A stretch of 64,000 nt of DNA from Eledone cirrhosa (taxonomy: Eukaryota): assembly GCA_964016885.1 (NCBI GenBank), contig OZ024757.1, positions 22,320,001-22,384,000 on the forward strand, read 5' to 3'. Under the pieces are notes generated by a model that was given only the letters and a program-made list of their open reading frames with translations, was not told where the DNA came from and did no database searches. Below, one piece after another: positions 48,081 to 61,320 of the stretch. The first letter of the stretch is position 1, and the number at the start of each line of letters is the position of its first letter. The position numbers were made by a program, and so were the translations under genes.

Positions 48081-48380
48081 TTAACCCTTTAGTATTCACA
48101 TTACTCTATATATACTATAATATTTTCATGGTAAAGGCTTTACCTCACATAATATCTCACATAACATTCACATTACTCTATATATACTATTATATTTTCA
48201 TGGTAAATGCTTTACCTCACATAATTATCTCACATAATATCGAATCTATGAGATTTTGAAAGTATTTATTTTGAGAACAATACCTTAACATCAGTCTGAG
48301 CAACCAGTTACAGCCAGTTTCAATAGAAAGAGGTAGAGAATTCTGGCCGGTTTTGGCTGGTTTGAACATTAAAGGGTTAA
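48081..48380 (+). mobile_element. piggyBac-type MITE (shortest complete copy)
   Basis: TTAAccc...gggTTAA. Confidence 0.88.
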
Positions 48381-48484
48381 TTATTAACTATTAAATTCCT
48401 GTACCGCATGAATGCTCATCAGTAATGCATGCATACATGGTCCTGAAACTCCTGGGGGAGTTGTTGGTATCATGCTATGAAGTG

Positions 48485-48792
48485 CCCAGTCCACATTGTA
48501 AAGTGGTTGTGTAGCTGTCAAGACAAAGTACCCAGTCCACATTGTAAAGTGATCATGTAGGTGTCAAGACATAAAATACCCAGTCCACATAGTAAAGTGG
48601 TTGTGTAGCTGTCAAGACATAAAGTACCCAGTCCACATTGTAAAGTGGCTGTGTAGCTGTCAAGACATAAAGTACCCAGTCCACATTGTAAAGTGGTTGT
48701 GTAGAAGACATGAAGTACCCAGTCCACATTGTAAAGTGATCATGTAGGTGTCAAGACATAAAGTACCCAGTCCATATTGTAAAGTGGTTGTG
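48485..48792 (+). repeat. About 7 copies of a ~48-bp SINE-derived module
   Basis: cccagtccacattgtaaagtggttgtgtagctgtcaagacataaagta is related to the SINE A module. Confidence 0.8.
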
Positions 48793-49939
48793 TAAAAAAA
48801 GTTAGTTATTTTACAACGTTCTTCCAAATTCTGTGATTTAAATGAAAATCACAGCTCTTTCATTGAATATATGGTAATAAAAGATTTTATGTAAGAACTT
48901 TTCTTAACTTATATTCCAAACACCATCTAAATAATGAGAAAGTTAGATAAATTATTAAATCCTTAAAATCATAGAAATATGGTAGCAAAAGTGTTAAAGT
49001 GTTTTGTATGACATAAAGTTGTGATGAACCTTCCATCATAACTTTATGTAAGAACCTTTGTTAAGTTATGCTCCAAATACCAACTTAATGAGAAAATTAG
49101 TTATATTACCAAACCGCACCAAATTCTTATGTTCAAAATCATTTGAAAAACATAGGCAGTGTCATTAGAAATATGCTAATGAAAGAGCTAAAGTGTTTAT
49201 ATTTATTTTAAAACATTCCAGTATAATTTTCTGTAAGAACTTTTCTCAAGCTATGTTCTAAACACCAACTTCATAATGGGAAAGTTAGTTATATTAACTA
49301 AAAAAGGAACAAAAAAGGGAATCAATCGACAAGTTCCCAAACCTTATTTACTTACCAAGTGTGGTGGAACAAAGTTTTCTTAGGTCTTGCCATTACTGAC
49401 AGAGGGAGCAACATGAGTTAACTATATATTAACTAAATCCCTCTAAATTCTTGATTATTTTGAAAATGATTTGAAAATCATGAGCAGTGTCTGTCATTAG
49501 AAATATGGCGAGGAAGTCCAACAAAACTCAAAATAGAAACAGAAATAAATGATAGGACCTTCTTCCCTCCCACCGCTTGTATTTATTTATTTATTTATTA
49601 TCTGTTCAAATAAATAAATATATGGTTGTGTTTATTTATTTATTTATTATCTGTTCAAATAAATAAATATATGGTTGTGTTTGTTTGTTTCTTTCTTCCA
49701 TCATTTATTTATCATTGAAGGAAAAGCACCCATCAAACTCTATTTTTTTCTTATGGACAGATAAACATGTTACATGGACTCCTTCACAGACTTATTCACA
49801 GCAGGGAGGGGCAGGAAAGACCACAGAGAAGTAGGAAAGGGCCGTTCTTGCCTTCAAAAATAATTATTGTGAATCATCCTAATTTATCATTTACATTCTT
49901 TCACTTTGGGTTAATATATATTTATCTATAAATCCACAC

Positions 49940-50140
49940 AGACACACACGCATATATATATATATAGAGAGAGAGGGAGAGACATATGTACACAAGGCAT
50001 ACACATATTTATACATATCTACACACACATACATTTATATATACATGTATGCCTATATATATATATATAGACATATATATATAGACATATAGACATATAT
50101 ATATATATAAAGAGAGAGAGAGAAGTGTATATGTGTTTAA

Positions 50141-50200
<60 letters not shown>

Positions 50201-50396
50201 GTACACAAAGACATACATATTTGTACATATCTACTACAAATATACATACATTTATGCATATATATATATATACACACACACATATAAATATATGTTTGTG
50301 TAAGTATATATATATATATATATATATATTAACCATATATATATATACATATGTATGTATGTGTTGTGTGTATCTGTGCATCTGTATATATATGTA

Positions 50397-50438
<42 letters not shown>

Positions 50439-50582
50439 TACATATATATACAGATGCACAGATACTCACAACACATACATACATATATATGTATATATAT
50501 ATATATGGTTAATATATATATATATATATATATGTACATACATATATATACAGATGCACAGATACACACAACACATACATAC

Positions 50583-50632
<50 letters not shown>

Positions 50633-50640
50633 TTAATATC
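49940..50640. repeat. (TA)/(CA) tract containing an inverted and then direct duplication
   Basis: gtgttgtgtgtatctgtgcatctg at about 50360 is mirrored at about 50450 and about 50550. Confidence 0.85.
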
Positions 50641-51116
50641 ATGTTTCACATAGTTGTCAATAGAGCTATGTGAAGCATAAAATTAAGAACCATGCTTCGA
50701 CAATCTTGCCTCCATCCTTCCATCCTTCGAATCCATAGCAGAGAGTCCTTCATCTTATCAGTGCCATGCCGTGCAGTACTGAGCCATGCCAATGCCAGAT
50801 ACGGTAGGTGGGCACGACCAAGAAAGGTACTGGTGCGACCTAATGAGATAGTCTTTCAAGGAGAAAAGAAAAAAAATCAACAACATAAAGAGCTTGATTC
50901 AGTAATTATATTTGTCGTTTACATCCAGTGAATTTCTGTAGTTGATTAGGATGGTCAGATGGCCAGATGGCCAGCTGGTCAGATGGTCAGATGGCGCTCA
51001 AAGCAAGTACTTCAACATCTTTATCAGATTGATGATTAATCTGAAAGTTTGTGGTAGCTAGTTATATATATATATCATCATCATCATCATCGTTTAAATT
51101 CCATCTTCCAAGCTAT

Positions 51117-51305
<189 letters not shown>

Positions 51306-51308
51306 TAT

Positions 51309-51655
51309 GGAGGCACATGGCTTAGTGGTTAGAGCATTGGCCTTGCAATCGAAAGGTTGTGAGTTCAATTCTCAGACCGGGTGATGTGTTGTTTCCTTGA
51401 GCAAGGCACTTTATTTCACATTGCTCCAGTTTACTCAGCTGTAGAAATGAGATGATAGGGACTGGTGTCCCTATCATTCCACTGTAAAGTGGTCGTGGAG
51501 GTGCCACGGCAAAAAAGCACCCAGCACTCACTGTAAATGAGGTTGGTGTTAGGAAGGGCATCCAGCTGTAGAAATCAAGCCAGCATCAGTTCCCATCCCA
51601 CCCTTGCAAGCAGGGAAAAAGCGGATGTAAAATGAAATGATGATGATGATGATGA
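51309..51655 (+). mobile_element. SINE family A, full length
   Basis: ggaggcacatggcttagtgg...(gat)n. Confidence 0.92.
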
Positions 51656-51828
51656 TATATATATATACATATATATATATATACATATATATTAGTCAGT
51701 TTGGGAATTACTGTTTCCAGTGAAATCCCTGGAGTTCAGTATCAAGACTGTCTTTTCCGCTTCAAAAGATTAGGGTTTACTGCTTCCTTAGAAATGCTAT
51801 TATATATATATATATATATATTTTTATA

Positions 51829-51972
51829 TAGGAGAAAGTATGACCCCGACGGCAGAGCTCAAGCCGTTTCGACGGCTATTTCAGGACACATATTACCCAC
51901 TTTACTACCCTAAGTATTGAGTACTCTGGTGCGTTTTGGTCCATCTAGTTCCTTACCACAACTCCTTCATTA
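51829..51972. mobile_element. Penelope-like family C, internally deleted copy
   Basis: The left arm of the 28814 copy is joined directly to its tail. Flanked by (TA)n. Confidence 0.65.
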
Positions 51973-51982
51973 TATATTTATA

Positions 51983-52023
<41 letters not shown>

Positions 52024-52025
52024 CA

Positions 52026-52083
<58 letters not shown>

Positions 52084-52116
52084 CATATATTATATACATA
52101 TATATATATACATATT

Positions 52117-52149
<33 letters not shown>

Positions 52150-52261
52150 CTATATATATATATGATGATATATATATATATATATCATCATCATCATCCT
52201 GTACTGTTCTGTGCCATCTGTAATATCTTTTTCATATGTTAGCCCTTGTGGCCAATAAAGA

Positions 52262-53230
52262 AACAATTATTATTATCATCATTATGTGCCTGTAAATTGA
52301 AGGTGGAAAACTGGGAGAGGGCACGCGGCTTTTTTAATAGGCTTTCTCCACGATAGCCCTCGGAAGACTCCCCCCTATTGAGGAATTTTTCATTGTTTCT
52401 CTTTTGTTACATCCTCTGTTTTTATTTGTTTTACACGCAGAAATACCCATTTGTACCGTCCTGTATTGTCCTGTACTGTCCTTAATGTCTTACTTTGTGT
52501 AAACCCTTGTGGTTAATAAAGAAATCATTATTATCATTATTATTATTATTAAGGGCGGTGGATTGGCAGTATCAGTAGAGGGTCGGACGTCATGCTTTCC
52601 AGCATAGTTACGTCCCTTTACGGTCTGAGTTCAAATCCCGCTGAGGTTAACTTTGCCTTTCATCCTTACGGGGTCGATACAATAAAGTACCAGTAATGTA
52701 CTGGGTAATTGCTGGCTTTGTGCCAAAAGTAGAAACAATTATTATTATTATCATTATGTGCCTGTAAATTGAAGGTGGAAAACTGGGAGAGGGCACGTGG
52801 CTTTTTTAATAAGCTTTCTTCACGATGGCCCTCGGAAGTCTCCTCCCCTATTGAGGAATTTTTCATTGTTTCTCTTTTGTTACATCCTCTTTTTTTTTTT
52901 TTTTACACGCAGAAATGCCCATTTGTACCGTCCTGTATTGTCCTGTACTGTCCTTAATGTCTTACTTTGTGTAAACCCTTGTGGTTAATAAAGAAATCAT
53001 TATTATCATTATTATTATTATTAAGGGCGGTGGATTGGCAGTATCGGTAGAGGGTCGGACGTCATGCTTTCCAGCATAGTTACGTCCCTTTACGATCTGA
53101 GTTCAAATCCCGCCGAGGTTGACTTTGCCTTTCATCCTTACGGGGTCGATAAAATAAAGTACCAGTAATGCACTGGGATAATTGCTGGCCTTGTGCCTAA
53201 AGTAGAAACAATTATTATTATTATTATTAT
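52262..53230 (+). repeat. 472-bp tandem duplication (LINE-like 3' UTR plus SINE B)
   Basis: attatgtgcctg at 52281/52753 and SINE heads at 52551/53023. Confidence 0.9.
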
Positions 53231-54109
53231 TATTATCATCATTATTATTATTATAGTAGTGCTCACCAGGTAGAAAATAACTCTGCCAATAAACCTTCAC
53301 ATCTTTCAGGAGAATGGTGAGATTGATGAGGCTGAAGTTGATCAACTTGAAGAGAAATCACAAGCCAACCAACTGTAGGAAAATATGAGGGGAATTCCAT
53401 CCAGAGAGCTAATGTGGACACCACTTTCCCCCAAGCCCCATCACAAGCTAGTCATCTAGGAGGGTAATAACTCCACATAGGAACTCACATAGACCATGAC
53501 AACCAATTTAACACATATGACAATATGGCTGATGAGAGGTGAAGAAAACGTGAGTCAAGTGTGAGTCAAGTGTGAGTCAAGTAGTGGCAGAAGAAGCAGT
53601 GAGAAGAGATAGCATATTCTGTTCGAATCCGCCGAGGTCAACTTTGCCTTTCATCCTTACGAGGTCGATAAAATAAAGTACCAGTAATGTACTGGGGTAA
53701 TTGCTGGTCTTGTGCCAAAAGTAGAAACAATTATTATCATCATATATTCTAAGGAATCTCTTCACTAAGTAAATCTGATTTACTTCTCATTTGTTACTGG
53801 AACAGTAAAAGCTAAACCTTAAGGTAAAGATTCTGTATTATAATATCTACCTTTTTTTCTTAAGTATAGAGAATTAAGTTGAATAATGATATTACTGGTC
53901 TTAGCTAATAACATCTCATCTCTCTATCTCTCAATATGTGTGTGTGCGTGCGTATGAGTATATATATATATATATTTATATATTTTTATTTATATCTGTG
54001 TGTGTAAATATCATCATCATCAATATATATATATATATATATATATTTATGTGTGTGTTTGTGTAGGATCCTGATTTGAATTGGGAGGTGACCACTGTCA
54101 TGAAAAGTT

Positions 54110-54590
54110 GCTCAATGCGGTTAGTAGAGTATAAAGTTTCCTAAAGAGTGCCACACCTCTTGGAACATCAAGCATAAGTAATGAAAGAGTCACTCCGCTG
54201 GGAAGAAAGACTTAACAATCACCCATCCGTAACAACAATAGAGCTAAAGGCAAGCGAGGCACTGCCCCCCCCCCCCCCCCTCACACTCCCATCCCTGGAG
54301 CAGATACAAACTCTGCTGTATGGAAATGCCTCAACAGATCTGGTGTTGGTCATGCAAAAGTCAATCTGGCAAAACAGGGATATTTAAAGGATGGGGACGT
54401 TGTGTGTGTCTGCTGCATCAAACCACAGACTTCACAGCACCTCCTGATATTCCATCTGCTGGAACACCCCCTGCACAGCATTGGACTTGGCAGAGTTTAA
54501 TGAGAAAAGACAGCAATGTGTTCAGCTGTGGCGGAACCACATTTGGCCAAGCTTTGTAACTGACACTCTTGTGGACACAATAAGAAGATG
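54110..54590 (+). pseudogene. Vingi/Ingi-type LINE 3' remnant
   Basis: PGADTNSAVWKCLNRSGVGHAKVNLAKQGY...CVCCIKPQTSQHLL...PCTALDL, with tail ggacacaataagaaga. Confidence 0.72.
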
Positions 54591-54740
54591 TAGAGTATAG
54601 GTATATTCATTTTATTATAAAAATGACTTCTACATGACTAGAACTGTTTCATTCGTAAAATATCATCAGTACTTGATGATTTCTTACGAATGAAACAGTT
54701 CTAACCTAGTAGAAGTTATTTCTATAATAAAATTAATATA
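54590..54740. mobile_element. Penelope-like family D fold-back copy
   Basis: aatgacttctacatgactagaactgtttcattcgtaa...tcatcagtacttgatga...ttacgaatgaaacagttctaacctagtagaagttatt. Confidence 0.65.
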
Positions 54741-54747
54741 TATATTG

Positions 54748-55090
54748 GGAGGCACATGGCTTAGTGGTTAAAGCATTGGCCTTGCAATCGAAAGGTTGTG
54801 AGTTCAATTCTCAGACCGGGTGATGTGTTTTTTCCTTGAGCAAGACACTTTATTTCACATTGCTCCAGTTTACTCAGCTGTAGAAATGAGATCATAGGGA
54901 CTGGGGTCCCTATCATTCCACTGCAAAGTGGTCGTGGAGGTGCCACAGCAAAAAAGCACCCAGCACTCACTGTAAATGAGGTTGGTGTTAGGAAGGGCAT
55001 CCAGCTGTAGAAATCAAGCCAGAATCAGTTCCCGTCCCACCTTTGCAAGCAGGGAAAAGCGGATGTAAAATGAAATGATGATGATGATGA
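54748..55090 (+). mobile_element. SINE family A, full length
   Basis: Homology to the other copies. Confidence 0.92.
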
Positions 55091-55889
55091 TATATATATA
55101 TATATATATATATATTTATGATATTGAATTAGGCTTTGAAACTGCATGAGCTCAGCCACCAGCCCACAACTCTTTCTTATATATATATACATGAATAAAT
55201 AAACATTAACAGATAGAATAAATAAATATACAGCATCTAGATTAATGAATAATCTTATCACCAAATTGATTTTTGTTGATAGTCTTAAGTTGACATTTAC
55301 GCCATGGGGGTCTCACAATTTGCGCCCCATCACTATTACTACCAATATTTGTTTGATGTCTAAAGCATACATGCTGCTTACAGCTTCCTTCACTCCTTTC
55401 TAGCATCTTTCTCCTTCCTTTTTATATATTTACTCATTTCTTTATTTCTTATTCACTATTTTTTGTTTTGTTTTTGTTGTTGTTTTTGACATCTTTCTAT
55501 TTTTTTTCAAAATTTTTCTATTTTTGTTACTATTTCTCCTCTTTCTCCTGGAGATAAATATGTTGGCTCCCATTCAAATCCTACTGTTATATCACCAACC
55601 AGGAATTACCATTACAATTAAACATTAATTACGTGTTATTGCTTTCTGAACAAAGAAACAAACATCTTAATAGCCATCCTGTATCATGTGTCTTTTGTAT
55701 GTAGTTGTTGTCATTCATATATTTATACATAAATAAGGTCATTATTGCCTCAACCAGTCCCCAAATACACAGCAAACATCCTAAACCAAACAACAACCTG
55801 CACTCATAAATCTTACAAACCCCAACCATACTCATCCTCCAAATTTGGCAAATCAAATTTGGACCACCCATCCTCTCAAACTCAGCTTA

Positions 55890-58610
55890 TCATCATCATC
55901 ATCATCATTTCATTTTATGTCCGCTTTCTCCTTGCTTGCAAGGGTGGGATGGAAACTGATTCTGGCTTGATTTCTACAGCTGGATGCCCTTCCTAACACC
56001 AACCTCATTTTACAGTGAGTGCTGGGTGCTTTTTTTTTCTGTGGCGCCTACACATCCACTTTACAGTGAGTGCTGGGTGCTTTTTTTTCTGTGGCATCTC
56101 CACAACCACTTTACAGTGAGTGCTGGGTGCTTTTTTTTCTGTGGCATCTCCACAACCACTTTACAGTGAGTGCTGGGTGCTTTTTTTTTCTGTGGCGCCT
56201 ACACATCCACTTTACAGTGAGTGCTGGGTGCTTTTTTTTCTGTGGCATCTCCACAACCACTTTACAGTGAGTGCTGGGTGCTTTTTTTTTCTGTGGCGCC
56301 TACACATCCACTTTACAGTGAGTGCTGGGTGCTTTTTTTTTCTGTGGCGCCTACACATCCACTTTACAGTGAGTGCTGGGTGCTTTTTTTTCTGTGGCAT
56401 CTCCACAACCACTTTACAGTGAGTGCTGGGTGCTTTTTTTTTCTGTGGCGCCTACACATCCACTTTACAGTGAGTGCTGCGTGCTTTTTTTTCTGTGGCG
56501 CCTACACATCCACTTTACAGTGAGTGCTGGGTGCTTTTTTTTTCTGTGGCGCCTACACATCCACTTTACAGTGAGTGCTGGGTGCTTTTTTTTTCTGTGG
56601 CGCCTACACATCCACTTTACAGTGAGTGCTGGGTGCTTTTTTTTCTGTGGCATCTCCACAACCACTTTACAGTGAGTGCTGGGTGCTTTTTTTTTCTGTG
56701 GCGCCTACACATCCACTTTACAGTGAGTGCTGGGTGCTTTTTTTTCTGTGGCATCTCCACAACCACTTTACAGTGAGTGCTGGGTGCTTTTTTTTTCTGT
56801 GGCGCCTACACATCCACTTTACAGTGAGTGCTGGGTGCTTTTTTTTCTGTGGCATCTCCACAACCACTTTACAGTGAGTGCTGGGTGCTTTTTTTTTCTG
56901 TGGCGCCTACACATCCACTTTACAGTGAGTGCTGGGTGCTTTTTTTTCTGTGGCATCTCCACAACCACTTTACAGTGAGTGCTAGGTGCTTTTTTTTCTG
57001 TGGCGCCTACACAACCACTTTACAGTGAGTGCTGGGTGCTTTTTTTTCTGTGGCATCTCCACAACCACTTTACAGTGAGTGCTGGGTGCTTTTTTTTCTG
57101 TGGCATCTCCACAACCACTTTACAGTGAGTGCTGGGTGCTTTTTTTTCTGTGGCGCCTACACATCCACTTTACAGTGAGTGCTGGGTGCTTTTTTTTCTG
57201 TGGCGCCTACACATCCACTTTACAGTGAGTGCTGGGTGCTTTTTTTTCTGTGGCGCCTACACAACCACTTTACAGTGTGTGCTGGGTGCTTTTTTTTCTG
57301 TGGCATCTCCACAACCACTTTACAGTGAGTGCTGGGTGCTTTTTTTTCTGTGGCATCTCCACAACCACTTTACAGTGTGGGCTAGGTGCTTTTTTTTTCT
57401 GTGGCATCTCCACAACCACTTTACAGTGAGTGCTGGGTGCTTTTTTTTCTGTGGCATCTCCACATCCACTTTACAGTGAGTGCTGGGTGCTTTTTTTTCT
57501 GTGGCGCCTACACATCCATTTTACAGTGAGTGCTGGGTGCTTTTTTTTCTGTGGCGCCTACACATCCACTTTACAGTGTGGGCTGGGTGCTTTTTTTTCT
57601 GTGGCACCTACACATCCACTTTACAGTGTGGGCTGGGTGCTTTTTTTTTCTGTGGCACCTACACATCCACTTTACAGTGTGGGCTGGGTGCTTTTTTTTC
57701 TGTGGCGCCTACACATCCACTTTACAGTGTGGGCTGGGTGCTTTTTTTTTTTGTGGCACCTACACATCCACTTTACAGTGTGGGCTGGGTGCTTTTTTTT
57801 TCTGTGGCGCCTACACATCCACTTTACAGTGTGGGCTGGGTGCTTTTTTTTCTGTGGCACCTACACATCCACTTTACAGTGTGGGCTGGGTGCTTTTTTT
57901 TTCTGTGGCGCCTACACATCCACTTTACAGTGTGGGCTGGGTGCTTTTTTTTCTGTGGCACCTACACATCCACTTTACAGTGTGGGCTGGGTGCTTTTTT
58001 TTCTGTGGCGCCTACACATCCACTTTACAGTGTGGGCTGGGTGCTTTTTTTTTCTGTGGCGCCTACACATCCACTTTACAGTGTGGGCTGGGTGCTTTTT
58101 TTTCTGTGGCACCTACACATCCACTTTACAGTGAGTGCTGGGTGCTTTTTTTTTCTGTGGCGCCTACACATCCACTTTACAGTGTGGGCTGGGTGCTTTT
58201 TTTTTCTGTGGCGCCTACACATCCACTATACAGTGTGGGCTGGGTGCTTTTTTTTCTGTGGCGCCTACACATCCACTTTACAGTGTGGGCTGGGTGCTTT
58301 TTTTTTCTGTGGCGCCTACACATCCACTTTACAGTGTGGGCTGGGTGCTTTTTTTTTCTGTGGCGCCTACACATCCACTTTACAGTGTGGGCTGGGTGCT
58401 TTTTTGCCGTGGCTCCTCCACGACCACTTTGCAGTGGAATGATAGGGACCCCAGTCCCTATCATCTCATTATTTCTACAGTTGAGTAAACTGGATAAATG
58501 TGAAATAAAGTGTCTTGCTCAAGGAAACAACACATCACCCGGTCTGAGAATTGAACTCACAACCTTTCGATTGCAAGCCCAATGCTCAACCACTAAGCCA
58601 TGTGCCTCCA
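55890..58610 (-). repeat. Single SINE A whose ~50-bp internal module is expanded to ~48 tandem copies (56010-58430)
   Basis: The SINE tail at 55890-56010 and the head at 58430-58610 bracket the array. Confidence 0.93.
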
Positions 58611-58704
58611 TATATATATATATATATGTTTTAGGTGATCTGAGATCAATTCTCACAATCTCTTCACAGGCCTTCTTCTGTTTAAACTATTGTTGGAGTC
58701 TGTC

Positions 58705-59095
58705 ATTATCATCATCATCATCATTGTTTTTACGTTCATTTTTCCATGCTTGCATGGGTTGGACTGGTCCTTTTAAGCACAGTATCTCTCCACTCGCCAT
58801 ATATCTTCATTAATGCTTTCCAGCATAGTTACGTCCCTTTACGATCTGAGTTCAAATCCCGCCGAGGTTAACTTTGCCTTTCATCCTTACGGCGGGTGGG
58901 GGAGAGGTCGATAAAATAAAGTACCATGGGTAATTGCTGGCCTTGTGCCAAAAGTAGAAACAATTATCTCTGAGAGTCTCAGCAACTTGAGATCAGCTCT
59001 CACCACCTCTGCCAAGGTCTTCTTCAGTCTACCTCTGCTGTTGCTTCCTTCCACGGGGATTTCCTGGCACTCCCTCACCCATTTATCTTCATCAT
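58705..59095 (-). mobile_element. RTE LINE 3' end interrupted by SINE B (~58813-58965, + strand)
   Basis: CQEIPVEGSNSRGRLKKTLAEVVRADLKLLRLSE, with the tail on the other side of the SINE. Confidence 0.8.
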
Positions 59096-59426
59096 CATGA
59101 TCATTTTACATCTGCTTTTCCCTGCTTGCAAGGGTGGGACGGGAACTGATTCTGGCTTGATTTCTACAGCTGGATGCCCTGCCTAACACCAACCTCATTT
59201 ACAGTGAGTGCTGGGTGCTTTTTTGCCGTGGCACCTCCACGACCACTTTGCAGTGAATGATAGGGACCCCAGTCCCTATCATCTCATTTCTACAGCTGAG
59301 TAAACTGGAGCAATGTGAAATAAAGTGTCTTGCTCGAGGAAACAACACATCACCCGGTCTGAGAATTGAACTCACAACCTTTCGATTGCAAGCCCAATGC
59401 TCTAACCACTAAGCCATGTGCCTCCA
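59092..59426 (-). mobile_element. SINE family A, full length
   Basis: Homology to the other copies. Confidence 0.92.
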
Positions 59427-59694
59427 TTTATGTAAATAAATATCATTGAACTGACAGAAACCCTGCCATGGGTGACATATTAGCCAACTAAAGAAGTGAT
59501 AACTTAGTATAGAAACAATTAGACAGAATATTGTTTGTATGTATGGACCCTTAACTCCAAATGAAGTCATAGAAGGGAACATAATGACATACAACCTATC
59601 TTGGACATTTTAAACCTGGCAGAGCTCATCTCATCCCCAGGTTTGAACACACCTGATTTCTTCCAGAGCTGGGTATGTGACTTATGATAATAAT

Positions 59695-59930
59695 GTTGTG
59701 GGTTCGATTCCTCAACTGGTTATGTATTGTGTTCTTGAGCAAAGCACTTCCTTTCCCATTGCTCCTGTATACTCAGCTGAAAACGAGTACCAGCAATATT
59801 TGAGGGTTTAGCCCCGCAATGGACTGGCACCCTGGAAAGTGGGATAAGTACTGGCCTGACGAGTGACTGAGCTCACACCATGGAAAGTGGGATAAGTACT
59901 GGCCTGACGAGTGACTGAGCTCAAAACAGA
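59695..59930 (+). mobile_element. Old tRNA-derived SINE with CORE-like and V-domain-like boxes
   Basis: B box gggttcgattcc, cttgagcaaagcactt and ccccgcaatggactggcaccc, with a duplicated tail. Confidence 0.55.
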
Positions 59931-59939
59931 GTTTAGACT

Positions 59940-61320
59940 TGAGAGAGGGAGAGAGAGAGAACGAGAGAGAACGAGAGAGAGAAAACGAGAGAGAGAAAAC
60001 GAGAGAGAGAAAACGAGAGAGAGAAAACGAGAGAGAAAACGAGGGAGAGAGAATGAGAGAGAGAGAACGAGAGAGAAAGAGAATGAGAGAGGGAGAACGA
60101 GAGAGAGAGAACGAGAGAGAGAGAACGAGAGAGAACGAGAGAGAGAGAACGAGAGAGAGAGAACGAGAGAGAGAGAACGAGAGAGAGAGAACGAGAGAGA
60201 GAAAGAGAATGAGGAAGAGATATAGAGGCAGAATCAACCCCAGTACTTGATTTGTGCTTTTTTTTTTTATTTGTGTATCAGCCTGAAGAGGTTGAAAGGC
60301 AAAGTTGATTTTAGCAGATTTGAACTCAGAACTGACAGAAAACAAACAAATAGTGCCAAGCATCCCATCCAATGTTCTAATAACCAATTTGTCACCTCTA
60401 CAATGTTGTTTATAAGTTATCAAGTGCCATATCTAATGGCTCCATGTTCAGATCTATTTAGAACTTTTGAAATTAAAAAATTCCCAAGTTATTATCTGTA
60501 GACAAGGTTATTAAAGATTAATAAGATACAATAGTGAAAAGTAAACATTTTCATGGTTTGTCATTGGTATCAGTTTTAGATCTACTTTGGGTTTGCATAA
60601 TCATTGGAGTATCGAACAATATGGTGTGTGTGTGGGGGGGGGGCGTTATTGTACATGTGTATGTATATATATATGTGTGTGTGTGTATGTATGTGTGTGT
60701 GTGTATGTATATATATGTGTGTGTATTGAATACAGTGTGTTATAGAAGGTTATTGCAATACAAATCGAAAATTAAATATCGATAATGACAACAACAAAGA
60801 CAGTGAAGTGTTAAGTTAGAAATATTTAATTAGTTGCGATATTTTGGGTAAAATACCCCTTTTCAGAGGTGTTAAAAGAATGAGAGGGAGAACAGGAGAG
60901 AGATGGTGGGATAGAGCAAGGGAGTGGGAGAAGAGAAAGAGAGAAATGAGAGAGGAAAAAAAGAGAGAAATGGGAGAGAGGAGAGAAAGAGAGAGAGAAG
61001 GAGAGAAGAGAGGAAGAGAGAAGAGGAGAGAAGCAGAGAGAGAGAGAGAGATGAGAGAGAAGCAGAGAGAGAGAGGAGAGAGAAGCAGAGAGAGAAAGAG
61101 GAGAGAGAAGCAGAGAGAGAGAGAAGAGAGAGAAGCAGAGAGAGAGAGAAGAGAGAGAAGCAGAGAGAGAGGAGAGAGAAAGAGAGAGGGTGAGGAGAGA
61201 GAAGCAGAAAGAGAAAATGGGGAGAGAGAGAATAGTAAAAAGAGAGAGTGGAAGAGAGAGGGGTAGAAAGAGAAAAGAAAGAGGGAGAGAGGGAGAGGGG
61301 CGAGAGAAGAAGAGGAAGAA
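59940..61320. repeat. Two (GA)n-rich tracts (59940-60215 and 60880-61320)
   Basis: Direct reading. They explain the RE-rich ORFs. Confidence 0.85.

Noticed and set aside
48395-48430. Hammerhead on the minus strand (ctgatga gca ttca tgc)
   Set aside because: Followed by ggta rather than GAAA, and no stem I.
51309-51385. Functional tRNA genes at SINE heads
   Set aside because: A and B boxes are present but there is no proper acceptor or anticodon stem, and the heads continue into the SINE body.
53529-53555. ctgatga...gaaaacgtg hammerhead
   Set aside because: No stem II or stem I pairing.
59850-59935. ctgacga hammerhead
   Set aside because: No GAAA core. It is part of a duplicated SINE tail.
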